Part shown: piece by piece, positions 49,414-61,878 of the stretch | Layout of the letters: each line of letters opens with the position of its first letter | Position numbering within the stretch: position 1 is the first letter of the stretch | From: Botryllus schlosseri | Lineage: Eukaryota | Direction of reading: 5' to 3' | Assembly (NCBI GenBank): GCA_051294905.1 | Contig: CM119376.1 | Location: 15,252,001 to 15,316,000, forward strand | Length of the DNA: 64,000 nt | Translations under genes and position numbers: made by a program | The notes under the pieces: model-generated | Database searches by the model: none | Told to the model about the DNA's origin: nothing | The model's input: only the letters and a program-made list of their open reading frames with translations

Positions 49414-52400
49414 CTATAACTTAGTGAACCATATATGTATACAGACCAAAACCTATGATACAATACCGCAGTCCCACCGTCGGAAATTTCATTACGAGAC
49501 GAAGGGTGGTTATATATCGCCCATAAATGCAATGAACTGAGGCGATGTGGCAGTCAGCAGTACCATGTAGCGGTCGTTAGCATAGCTTCAAATGGCACGT
49601 TACTTTTTATGCCTTGCTGAAGCCGAAATACCGAAAACGGCTGTCCCTGTCTCTCCTGATACACCATTGTTACTGATAATAATAATATCTCGAAGAGTTC
49701 CAAACGTGAATATCGTATAACATTTCGCGATGATGCATATGATAAGATATAAAGGAAAGCAATAACAGCAGATAGAGATATCCAGTTCTGCATGGTTCCA
49801 GATATTTGCAGGTGCACTATAATTTGATCAGAAATTTTCCAACGTGATCCTTATAAGTAGGGCGAATTTTTTCGACCTTAAAAACGGAATATTCCGCACT
49901 AAAAAATGAAAATTGCGACATTTTTTACGTTAAAAAACTCAATTATGCCACAATTTTACTCTATTTGGCAATGTCAAAAAAAATCGTCATATATATATAT
50001 AAAGTGCACCTATACGTGTTCTTCAGGTGGTCAAAGTAGTCAAGAAAGCTGCTCAATCAGAAGTAGAGTAGAAGAACGAGTAGAAGAACTTCTTCCATTA
50101 GCCACCTAAAACTACTTGAAGTATTAGTAGAATTGACTGGCTTCAAATCTACTTAAGTAAGTAGTTTTGAAAACAGTCTTAATTCGTTCGCATGGACTGT
50201 CAAAAGCTGCAAATTGAGCAGTGCGGAATGTGCAGAGAGCTTGATTCGTATTGATGCATCCCAGGAAGTATCAATTTTCGACAGAATATTCATTTGTCCG
50301 AATCATGGGATGCAAATTATAGTATTGATATGAAAATGCGGTAACAAGCCTTTGTTTACTAGAAGACCCCGTTTTTGAGAATATCATGGCATGGCGCCCT
50401 ACCACAATTTATAAGGCTCCAAGTTTGGGCGAAGCGCAATACGGAGAAGCTGCATCGGATACGGTTTCAACACTATGCGCAATTAGTATGCCTATACGTT
50501 AATAACAAATATTGTGGAACGTAAAATTTATATTTAGTGTAGGGTTACCATATTTTTCAGCAACCCAAATTCCGGACACTCCTTAGCGCCCACTAGTGGA
50601 TTTCAAAATGAGTTATGACGTCACACTAGCAAAGCTTTGCTCATAGACCAGAGGTGCTTGCTATATGAGTCTGGTTTCTAAATGCATCTGGCCGTTAAAT
50701 TATTTGAATGAATTCTGTCAATAATATTGGTCGCTCCATATTACTATATAGATACTACTCTCAACCCACATGATCAGAGTTAGCGGTAGAGCTGGTGGAG
50801 GATGATGACTTCGAAAATACAGGGAGTGTAATTGCACATCGTCAAGTCATGTTCATGTCCTACCGATAAGATTGTTTATCATCCTTATGCCGGTGCGCAC
50901 CATGGAGCTTTATAAACACCCCCCATCCAGTGGTTTCCAACCTTTTATGGTCGCGACTCCATCTCCAATTTGAAAATGTTCCGTGGCCCAGATCAAAATT
51001 TGACGAGCTGATTACTAAAATAAGTTAGCACCTTTGCCCAGACTAACTCACGGGCTATTTTGGAAGCTGATTACTTTCAACAAAATCACTAACCCCAGAA
51101 TAAAGGTAAACGACCCCACAAAAAGTAGAAGTACTTCGTTACTGACCACCTCTGGTTTCATGCTACATCGAAACATATCCCTTTGTGGATCTATAAATCG
51201 AATTAAGTTAAAGAATTAAAATCATGGGCCCTCCTTCTATCCAAACTCCTTGAGCGTTGATGGTGATGTAACTTTATTAGAAAACCAATTCGGAGATGCC
51301 CTGCATGAGAATTGCAGCTTCGTGTAACTGTAATGTATCGCCTGTCCCCGTAATTATATTCCTTATCCTCTATAATTGCTATTTTGTCGTACACAAATAT
51401 GCACTTGTCTCTATTGCTGTAAAATATTCTTTTTATTTCGAATTCCAGTCTGATCTTTGACTATCAAGTATAAATCATGTTAACGAATATGAAGCGAAAA
51501 TTAGCGGTCATACTATTTCATGAAGCAGCACTCAACTGATATTCCTTATTTCAATTCCGTATCTTCACACCTGTAACCTGTGCTGTATAGATTGAGGGAT
51601 ATGTGTAAAATTTTACTGCATCTCTGAAAGCTGGTCTAGGAAATTAACTTCTATTATGGCAACAATACAGCGTATCCGTTGTATAATCCTGTTGGTATAT
51701 AGTTTCCATAAGTAAAATGCCGTGATGTTTTGTCACAGTTTTTCGATAATAGGATACCGTATGCCAATGGTCGGGAACCTTTTTCGTCCGAAGAGCCATG
51801 TTAGCCGTATATTTTCCATTTTAGCTTCCAAAGAGCCATACATGTCAATCAATTCTTACGTCACATTTGAAAATCGCGACGTCATGTCATATTCGAACTC
51901 ACTACACGTGATTAGTCGTGGGCACTATATTTTATCGATAAAAACTGGAAGGCAACTAATCATCCTGAGATAGCGCCCTTCATCGTAAATAGCTCGAAAT
52001 TTATAATAATTGACATTAATCTAACAGAACTGTAGCAATGATTACGAGAATCTAAATATTGATCGACTTCTCATTTCGGCGGTAACATGAACGTTGCACT
52101 ACTCGCCTGCATTTTACGGTGGTACTAGAAAGCAATACTTATCAACGAATAAAGTGGATAGCGAAGCGTTGTTTGTAATTTGGATTTGTAATTGGAATGT
52201 CACTTCGATGGCAGTTCATTTCTCGGCGTGCATCAGAAAGACAATGTGTATTTGAAAACTAGATTGTCATATTGGCGTCCCCATGTCTGCTATTCTCTTT
52301 GATCAACAAACGTATCGTACAATCCATGATTACGCAGCGCGCGATGACGGGTAGGCTACATCGAATTGGCGAGGGATATTGGTCACTGGCGCCACAGAAA

Positions 52401-54358
52401 CTTAAATTTGAGGATTTTATAAAGGGGTCCGAGGCCGAGCCCGTAACCCTGGAAACGCCACTGTCTTGTTTATGCTGCCTCGACATTAATTATTCTGAGT
52501 CTACAATTAAAAATATGTCAAAGAGCCATATATTATACCCAAAAGAACCATATATGGCTCGCGAGCCATAGGTTCCCGACCGCTGCCGTATGAGCATGGA
52601 CCTATAATCTGCACCTATACTCGAGGTACTGTGCGGATTTGCGATGCCCGCACTAAGAGCGTTGCTTGCGTATTCTTGAGAGTAACTATCACAAAACTGA
52701 TTCCGACCGCTCTCGACGTATGGTTGTGTCCGTTGCTAGTGACACGTTGGATGAAATAATGGAATATGCTCTTTCTTCAACTGCATGGTCAAATGATACT
52801 ATTGCCACGATACCACGACGTGAGCCAACATACGCTAACAAACTTCTAATTCGATTCCACCAGTAGTCGCAGTTATGCACTCAATTCATATAGTTCCCGT
52901 TCATACGAACTTGATATATGTAAGTAACGAAGAGTGTTCTTCCGAACCGCTTCTGAAATTCCAAAGAAATACAGTCGCTTCCTGATGTGGAGACAGCTGC
53001 ATTGCATTTCTTGCATATATGTCGTCGCTAGACTCGTATAGCGTTATTGTGCTTCTATAGACGCAGATATTTGGTAAATCATACGAATTCAAACTGCATG
53101 CCCGGCAACGAAGAGTAAGAGTCGAGTATTTGGTTACACCAAATGTGCGTATGTATTGCATATATATAATTACGATGTCTTTACCGACAATAACAAATGT
53201 GAGCCCATAAAATAAGGTGAGTTCATTTCAGCAGTACTATTCCTGTAAGGCGAATGCTATTTCAATAAACTTTGAATATGCATAATCCAACCGATGCAAA
53301 ACTATATCTTCACATAGATCAATCGGTGGAATACTCGTAACTTCTCCGACTCCGATGTATTCAGGTGTAACTTTTCTCCAGTCGAAGTTCCTGGCTGCGT
53401 GGGATTTGCGAATATTTCTCGCGCGGCAATGATTGCAGCGATCACGAAAGATGTTGTGAATACCAGGAGTGTATCATGAACTCGGATGCCATGTAATTTG
53501 ATCTCACCGTGCTGATGTTTGTTCAAATCAATTCCGGCTGTGGCTCAACGACACTGGGCGTGCCGCAGTCCTGATATGCGTACGGTGTGCCGGAAAAGCA
53601 TTACCTAATTTGTATAATGTTTAGTTGATTGTCATTTCGTAGTCTTTCAAGCCGCCAACGTGTCAGACAAAAGTTCGATCTGAGTACCTTAGCACCTATC
53701 AGAGTAGCATCAATTGTAATTTGTAATTGAGGTGAATGTAATTATTACATTTTTTCATGTAATTGTAATTGTAATTGAAGCATTTCTATTTTGTATAATT
53801 TTAATTGTAATTTGATGAAAGTTTTGCTCAATTACAATTTCAATTACATTGTTATGGAAACCTGACAACCACAACATAAATAATCAATCGATTCGTCACA
53901 CCAATGAAAATCCGGTACGGACCAGGATGACGTGGGGCTGCAAGGCCTTAAGGCCTTAGTACACGCTACGCAATACACCGTCGCCACCTGTCCTAATTAG
54001 CCTATTTGCATCGGTTTTCTATGCGTGCCGCGTTATAAGTAGATAATTCAGCCATGCTAAACTGTTTCCCATACTTCAGAAGCAACAGAAAACTTTGTGA
54101 ATTACATTATAGGCTAAACCAGTGGTTCTCAAACTGGGGTGTGCGCCCCCCTTGGGAGGCGTGAAAGCATCTAAAGGAGGGCGCGAAGCTCCGGTAAACT
54201 GAATTTTTTTTCCGCGATTGGCGCGATTCACCTCCATTTCATAGCTGTGTATAGTCCGAATTTGATATTGGAGAATACTCTCATCAACAGTCATAACCTT
54301 CCACACTATCAAACTATCTGTAAGGATTGCTAACATTCTGGTTTCATTGTGTGATATG

Positions 54359-56598
54359 CAGGGCATGGTATGATATGGTATGGCATGGTATGGTATGGAA
54401 GTATGGTATGGATCGATATTTTGGTATGGAATATGGAACAATGCAAGTATGGTATGGAATGGAAGATTTTAATCTATGGTATGGAACGACATTTTCAAAT
54501 TTCCATACTTTGGTGTTTTATACATTTTATCGTGATCTGTGCAAGCTTCATGAAGCGTATGTTATTCGCTGTTAAGTGTTCACGTAATATGTTATATATG
54601 TGATGTGTGAACGACTGAACGTGAACTATTGAACGCTGTGTAGGATCAAATACACGCTTGTGCAACGGTTTTTGGAGCATTTGAAATGACATGATTTTGT
54701 GATGTAATAATTACAACAGTAATGTTGGTCCCATATTCTATTCAGCCTAGACATGACGTCTCCCAGAACAGTCTATAATGTGACGCAATAATTGGTAATA
54801 TTGGCTACTCCAACTACCTCATTCCTTGAGTGACGAGAGCTTACAAGCAATCATGATACAACGTACTTAATGCTCAATGTGATTGATAATTACATTTCTT
54901 CTGAAACATTATCCGCACATTTATACTATTCACATGCCGAGATATCTTATTGGTTATATTTCAAACGCTCTCGCATTAGGATTATAGATCAGGGAGTAGA
55001 GTAGATCTAGTTTGAAATTCTCGCCACACCAACCCAACCTAATACTGTACTAATAATCACGCAGATCGCTGCAGTATTGATCGCCTGCAGCTGGGATATT
55101 TTATGGGTGCTCCTATGTTATAATTTATTTTGCGAGTATATACTTCAAACTTGCATGTGCCTCATGCCAATGTACCGGAAATGCGATGATATTCATATGG
55201 AGCGGGGGGCCGGATATAGGAAAATTAAGTACTTGGCGGGCTGGATTGCTGGATGGATAAATTATTCGCCCATGTATACAAGGAATAATTTGTATTTATT
55301 GAATGTATTTTATCGACAGCAATGTCAATTCAAAGCCATTTCTCGCCGATATTGAAAATACTATGTGGATTTGAGAACAGCATTGTCATACAGGCGCCGC
55401 CATGTCTGCTTCTCTTTGATCAACTAACTCACAGCGCAATCCTTAATTAAGAGTTCAAAGTGTTTGATAAGCCCCCTTACCCAAAATTTACCAAGATATC
55501 AATTCATTAGGGTTGAGTACACCGTAAATGCCGATAATACAAGTCTTCTCGCTTCGGAGAGCTTACCCGTAAGCTCCCCTCTCGCACGCTGCGCAGTGCG
55601 CACACCTATATAATAACATGCAGTCACTAAAATTTGACGTTTAGGCAAGTAGTGGAGAATCTCGGCAGACTCGGGCCGCGGGCCATATTATCATGTAAGA
55701 CGGGAAACTGTCCGCGGGCCGGACAAAATATCGTTGCGGGCCGTATGTTGCCAGTCCCTTTTATGGACGGTCCTAGATGACAATCTGCTGACTATCTCAT
55801 TTTGCTCGCGGAAGCTGTAGAGTAGATGTACACGGCACTTCACCACTGTGAACTAAACCTCACCAAAACAGACTCTGTGAAACTATTACCAAGAGTTAGA
55901 TTCGCATCATGGCTAGTTTAAGCAATAACGACATCCGAAATATCAATAATATAGGTGCTAGAAAAGGTACTATACTTATGATATTGAAGCAGTGGTGGCC
56001 CTACGAACCGGGGGGCCCTGGGCGAGACGTACCGGGGGGCCCCCTATAAGTATCTATCCGTAAATTCTGGGGGGCTCCGCCCCCCAGACTCCCCTTTCGC
56101 ATCGGTTATTATTATCTATCTTTCACCACCGCAAAAAGTTTGCACAGGTGCTGGATTTGGCCATGTCTATTTTGCATGTGTGCAAGGATAGACTACATCA
56201 AAACTAAGTAATTCTACCGCATGCAGAGACGTGATGATTATCGGGATACGGGACTTTTCTTACAAATGCAGTGATTTGATGATGATTGACACATCTGTAA
56301 GGAATCATATTCTTGCTTGGTGCACGGATTTCCATGTTTATTCGTCATTCTCCTTTAAAAAAGCGCAAAATCCAAATAGGGGAGCCCCTTCGACCAGGGG
56401 GGCCCCGGGCGACCGCCCACCTCGCCCACCCCAAAAGCCACCACTGTATTGAAGTATTTGAAAGTACGGAATACGTATCAAGTATGGTATGGAACAACGT
56501 TGGTATGGTATGGAAAATTGCAAGTATGGTATGGAGAGAGTAAGGCAAGGATGGAGTATGGAAAATTCTCGTTCCATACCATACCATACCATGCGCTG
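54359..56598. mobile_element. hAT element with (TATGG)n subterminal arrays (middle layer)
   Basis: TIR CAGSGCATGGTATG; perfect TSD GTGATATG (54351-54358 and 56599-56606). Confidence 0.88.
55990..56446. mobile_element. GC-rich hAT MITE (inner layer)
   Basis: TIR CAGTGGTGGC; perfect TSD TATTGAAG (55982-55989 and 56447-56454). Confidence 0.9.
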
Positions 56599-57419
56599 GT
56601 GATATGACGATAAGTGGGGCACGAAATATTTCACTGTCATAAAAAGGGGCGTGTCTAAAAAAGTTAGTGAATCAGTGGGCTAAACTAACTCTTAATATTT
56701 GGAAATGAATGAACAACAAATAAACTCTTCTGAAACCTGTGATGAACCATTTCCTACACCACGGTCATAGTTTTAAAATCTCTGACCAGTACCAAGGCTT
56801 GCTGCAACAATTGCAAAAAGTAATTCAAGTGTCCAATCAAGGCTTCATCAAACTTGATCACGCATTTGTTGTGATGTTATCCCAATCTTACCTCCAATCT
56901 TGACCAAATTTACTGGGGCCAGAAATTTTCGCACCCTAATGTTCATCAAATGCAATCTAACAGTTTCCGAGCAAGTGAAAATGTAAATGCGAACCAAAAT
57001 GTTGTAATTCGCTGTTATCAGGAGGTTATTTCCTTTTGCATTTATTTTAATTTTACACATCTTATCGGTATCATCCTAATCGATGACGCATTACCAATTA
57101 CATTTCATTATCCTCACTCAGCTCCGAGTAGCCTAATCGTTCTATTACATTTCATTGACTGTCCTTTAGTCTATTCGCTGTTAGTCGCTCAAACTTTTGG
57201 TTGTTAACAGTCGCTTCAAACATTTTTCTGTGTTTGTAGTGTCCAGTACTCATGATTAGGAATAGTTGGAATACGTTCGAGTTTTTTTTTTAAATAAATG
57301 GTATTCTACGTATCATGAATGAAACATGAAGAGACTGAGATTGTTGCTAATTACGTCGCTACGGTTGTCAAAGAACACCTCTCTACCGAATCAATTATAT
57401 GTTTAACAGTAGGCCTAAT

Positions 57420-57668
57420 AGTAATTGTAATTGTTATAAATTACATGTTTACCAGTAATTGTAATTGTAATTGTAATTTGATATTTTTAGCATTGAGTAA
57501 TTGTAATTGTAATGTAATTGAAACATGCAAGGGAGTAATTGTAATTGTAATTGTAATTGTAATTTGATATTTTTAGCATTGAGTAATTGTAATTGTAATG
57601 TAATTGAAACATGCAAGGGAGTAATTGTAATTGAACTGAACTGAATTATTGTAATTGATCCAGCTCTG
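57420..57668. repeat. (GTAATT)n array with an 86-bp internal tandem duplication; related array at about 53700-53850
   Basis: GATATTTTTAGCATTGAG at 57480 and 57566; AAACATGCAAGGGA at 57521 and 57607. Confidence 0.85.
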
Positions 57669-60600
57669 GCACCTTTACGTCCATTTCGCGATGGGACCAT
57701 CCCTCACCTGTTGAGAACCCTTTCTGTATATCATGCACGTATAAAACAATAAGGACATGGGCGGGATATGTCTCCAGTTGTGTGTGTCTTTGTGTAGATT
57801 GTGTGTACTGATTGTTACCTCGGACGCTGATCATAGCGCGAGCGACTGATTGATTGCTCGTTAAATTAGTTCGAATGGTGTTGGTTGATGGTCGTGAATA
57901 TTGGCACACAGAGCTCGCGTGACCCGTGGAGAGAGAGTTGGTTGTTGCGCTGCAGTTGTGGCATTTTCCGTTTTCATCTTTTCAATATACTTCGCACAAG
58001 TTGGCGGGCCAGATATGAGAAATGAAGTATTGGAGAGGCGAATTCCTGAATCGATAGATTAATCATGTATACGTTTTAATATATTCTTTTACCCATGACG
58101 GCGCGAATCTTTATACGTGTCGTCAAAGTGGATTTACATTGACAATTAAAAATATAGGGCAAATACCTAAATGTGGCTCCTTTGACGAAAAAGGCTTCCG
58201 ACCTCTGTCAAAAACGGGCCAAAATATCTTTAACCAGGACTACATCGTTATGCTCGTTATGTAGCATATTTACGGCCGGCGACTATCGTCATCAGAACAT
58301 CCATTATGTTCCAGTGATATATAACTACGTGCTATAACCGTTGAACCTACGATTATTTCGAGGGTTCTGACCATTCCATATTGCAGGGCTAATCAGCCTT
58401 CTTTGGCGTGGTACACCCTTTTAACGCTTTATCGAAACTCGTACACCCCTGACCAGAAAGATCACTGATTCCGTATAGTAAGCCTAATCCAGGGGTGTTC
58501 AACCTTCTTGTTATTCACGGCTGTGTTTCAATTCCATATCTAGCACACGACCGCATTCTGGCGGAGACTCGTCATGGTCAATCTGGACGACTATACTCAT
58601 GTTACTGGGATCTTCGCACCAAGGAAAGACTTGTGGTGTTCTGTGTCATCACTGATTTATTAAGATATACCTTGTGTATATAAGTTTTCAATTGTAGCAC
58701 CAGAACACGCCCGCAGGCTTACTATCTATGCACTGAAATCACCAGTATAAATGTTAGGAAGCGTTATCTGGATTCCCACTTTAGTCATTTTGAAAATTTA
58801 TTCGTCGATAATTTTGGTTGTTTCATCTATTACTGCTAAATATTGATCCATTCTTGGCCCACGTTATGAGATTAAACGATAGAGCTGACGGAGGGGGTGT
58901 CTTCCAAAGTTTTGAGCACAAAATGAATGATGGATGATGCGTCTTCCGTTTTTTATTAATCAATTTGTTGCATGTTGGTATTTTGACCTCCCATCAGGAT
59001 TGTATAGGCATAGTCGAAATATGTATTATATTGTAATCAGTCAAGCGTACAAGAAAAGCCTTCATTCGTGAGACGCACACGATTCCAGCTTGGTGTTTCC
59101 TTATGGGTGCATCATTTTCCTCTGCGGTACGCATTTGTACGATGGGAGTCCTCCTATTACACGATTATATTAAAAACGGAAAATCTTAGTCACTCTGAAT
59201 CGCGCCAACCGTGAATAAAATTTTCAAGTTTAAATTATCTCAAAAATTTAGGAACCAATTCGTCAATTCAAATTGCATATTGACGGTCGCCAACACACGC
59301 TAATTTAATAATGTGTTGAGGGCCGCATAATTATTGTTTAACATCGTATGCCTGCAAGCTGTTCTCCTCTGGCGTGTTGAAATAAGGATGAACAATGTGA
59401 GCAATGATTGACACAATGCGACACACGCTATTTATAAGCATCTCGCACGAAGGACCAATTCAATATTTTTGAGCTCTCTCGGTGGTTTCCTCAAGCATAG
59501 ATAGACATAGCAAGCGGAACACATGTCAACTCCATCCTGTTTTACTCCAAAATGAACCAATTAGTCCATTACCAACGTTTAAATGAGGGAAATATTTGCT
59601 TATGGTATCGCAAAAGGGATGGAACTTATACAAGCTTACCCGTAGAGCGTATATGAGCATATTGTACGATATTACACACGCAGTCAACGTGTTTTGAAGC
59701 ATAAACTTCTCTGCTTATTGTGATAGGTATAGCCATCGGTCTATTTTAAGTCGGATCTGGTACACCCCTGCACACCCCACCTGAGTGGTACATCCTTTCA
59801 CAATTTTGGTACACCCTGGGGTGTACGATATACGCGATTGAAGAGCCTTGCCATATTGTATCAAACTGGTAGCCATAGCTCTTGGTTTCAAAAAGGTTGG
59901 TGAGCCATGGTGAAGAGAGGGCATTCCAAGAGTAGCATGTGTTATCTTCATTGAATCAGACGTTTTCAGTAACGAAGTACTTCTACTATTTCGAATTACT
60001 CAAGTAGTTTTTCACTACTTGCCGTAGTTAATCAAGTAAATCTAATTTTCAGGTCCAAAGTTACTCCGTACATTTTTTGATTTACGTACTTACTTCTCGC
60101 TCTTCTTTCCGCTTGTCAGGTGTCAAGTAATATCTTCCTCCAATTAGAGAGAGAGACTTAGGAATCTCGGAGCTGTTATCATGGAGTTCCAGCAAGAATT
60201 TAATTTTCGCACAAGGTAAGTAAAACCCGGGATCTTCGTCACTCCTAGCGCAAAGTGTCGATATGGATTGACAAACATGTTTTCACGAAAGTATTGGTGA
60301 ATTCAATTTTGGTAACGGGTTGCGTGGTTCCGTTCACACCGCATTGTCCATCCATATGACATGTTTCATCACAGTAAATATGACTCAAAAAAGTTTGGAA
60401 CTACCGTTTCGCAATCTAGCGTCTACCTACCGTATCGTATAATCTAGCTGCCCGTGGCATGACGTAATCTGGAAAAGTGTTCTCTGACTTTTTTGAGCGT
60501 TAGACCTGTTTAAGCAGACCACCGTATCGTTGCTTTGAGCTCTTCTAATTAATTTCAGTTCTTTTGTCTGGAGAACATTGTTGAAGTTTAAAACCAAGTT

Positions 60601-61579
60601 TAGTATTGCCTCCATTTTCCAGAAATAAAATTACAGTATATGACATTTTTCGATCCGTCATATTTTCAACGTATACTAATCGCGCAATGTGTTAACTCCG
60701 TATCCGATACAACCTCTCCATATTGCTCTTCGTCTAAACCAGAGGTTTTCAAACTTTTTTCGACACGCCCCCTTTGATCATTGTGAAAAATTTAGCGCCC
60801 CCTTATCGCCATATCAAAAAATATTAAAAAGAGCAACCAGAATGCTTGCCATTCCAACGCATTGTTTGTTAGCATGGAAGATGTTATGGCTGTTGAGACA
60901 CTTCGCAAATATGGAATTCAGACTATACATACAGCAATAATTATGAGCTAGAGGAGCGCAAAAAAATGTCCAGTTGAATATTTTGTTAAACATAATCGTG
61001 TGCTATGGCAGCACGTAGCACATATATATTTTAGCGATTTTGTTGGCGAATCCTTAGCATTACCTATCGCAGTTGAGCTTAGCTCAAACTTACCTGAGCG
61101 TAAGCTTAATCAAAAACCAATGGAACTGACACAGCCGCACGCATTCACCTGTTACTCTACGGTCCTTCACTTCATTCAGGGGCATCTTCTGATTAGTGCA
61201 AGGTTCGGTATCATTCCAAATCTAGCATCAGTGTATGGGTGGTCCGATGCTATATTTTTACATTTAAAATCGAAGTATAATTAGGATCATTGCCATGCTG
61301 AAACTTTCAGTGCAAATGAAACTCATTCCGATTTCAATATACACCATTTCTCCCAGACGGCTTCGCGCCTCCCCTTGGATGCTTTCAGGCCCGCAAGGTG
61401 GCCGCGCCCCCAGTCCAGTGGCTCTCAACCATCTCTCTGCAGGATACATTATAGAATTTGATATCTCAATTCTAAAATGCAAGAAGTTAGGCGCGTGTTC
61501 ATTAATTAGCAAAACAAAACATCAAGTTCTAAATTTATTTAGAAGTGTGGGACGTATTTTTGTATCGTGTCACAATAAA

Positions 61580-61878
61580 GCAGCGGTTCCCAAACAGGGG
61601 GCGTGAAAGCATCTGAAGGGGGCGCGAAGCAGCAGTCAACTGACAATTTTTTCGCGCTCGCTGCGCGTGATTTATCTCCATTTCATAGTTATTGCTCTGT
61701 GTATAGTCCGAACTTCATATTTGAGAATTCTCTCATAGCAGTCACAACCTTCCATGCCATCAAACTATCCGCATGGATTGCTGGTATTCTGGTTGGATTT
61801 TGTGATATGACGATAAGGGGTGCGCGAAATTTTTGAATATCGTAAAGGCGGGTGTGTCTAAAAAAGTTTGAAAACCAT
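61580..61878 (+). mobile_element. GGGGCG-family hAT MITE
   Basis: Colinear with 921-1223 and with the 54120 element; shares GGGGCGTGAAAGCATCTGA. Confidence 0.78.

Larger units (their letters stand above)
54120..56677 (+). mobile_element. GGGGCG-family hAT MITE, outer shell of a three-level nest
   Basis: Perfect TSD GGCTAAAC (54112-54119 and 56678-56685); with the insert removed it matches the intact copies at 921-1223 and 61580-61878. Confidence 0.85.

Noticed and set aside
53124-53135. GAGTATTTGGTT, resembling part of a stolidobranch ascidian spliced leader (recalled from memory)
   Set aside because: Only 12 nt; not followed by the rest of the leader, a donor site or an Sm site.
54076-56640. 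Trp/Tyr/Gly/Met-rich ORFs (MVWYGM...)
   Set aside because: Translations of the (TATGG)n subterminal arrays.
57420-57660. Repeat-spacer-like pattern suggesting CRISPR
   Set aside because: Eukaryotic context; the units are hexamer arrays and the spacers are identical duplications.
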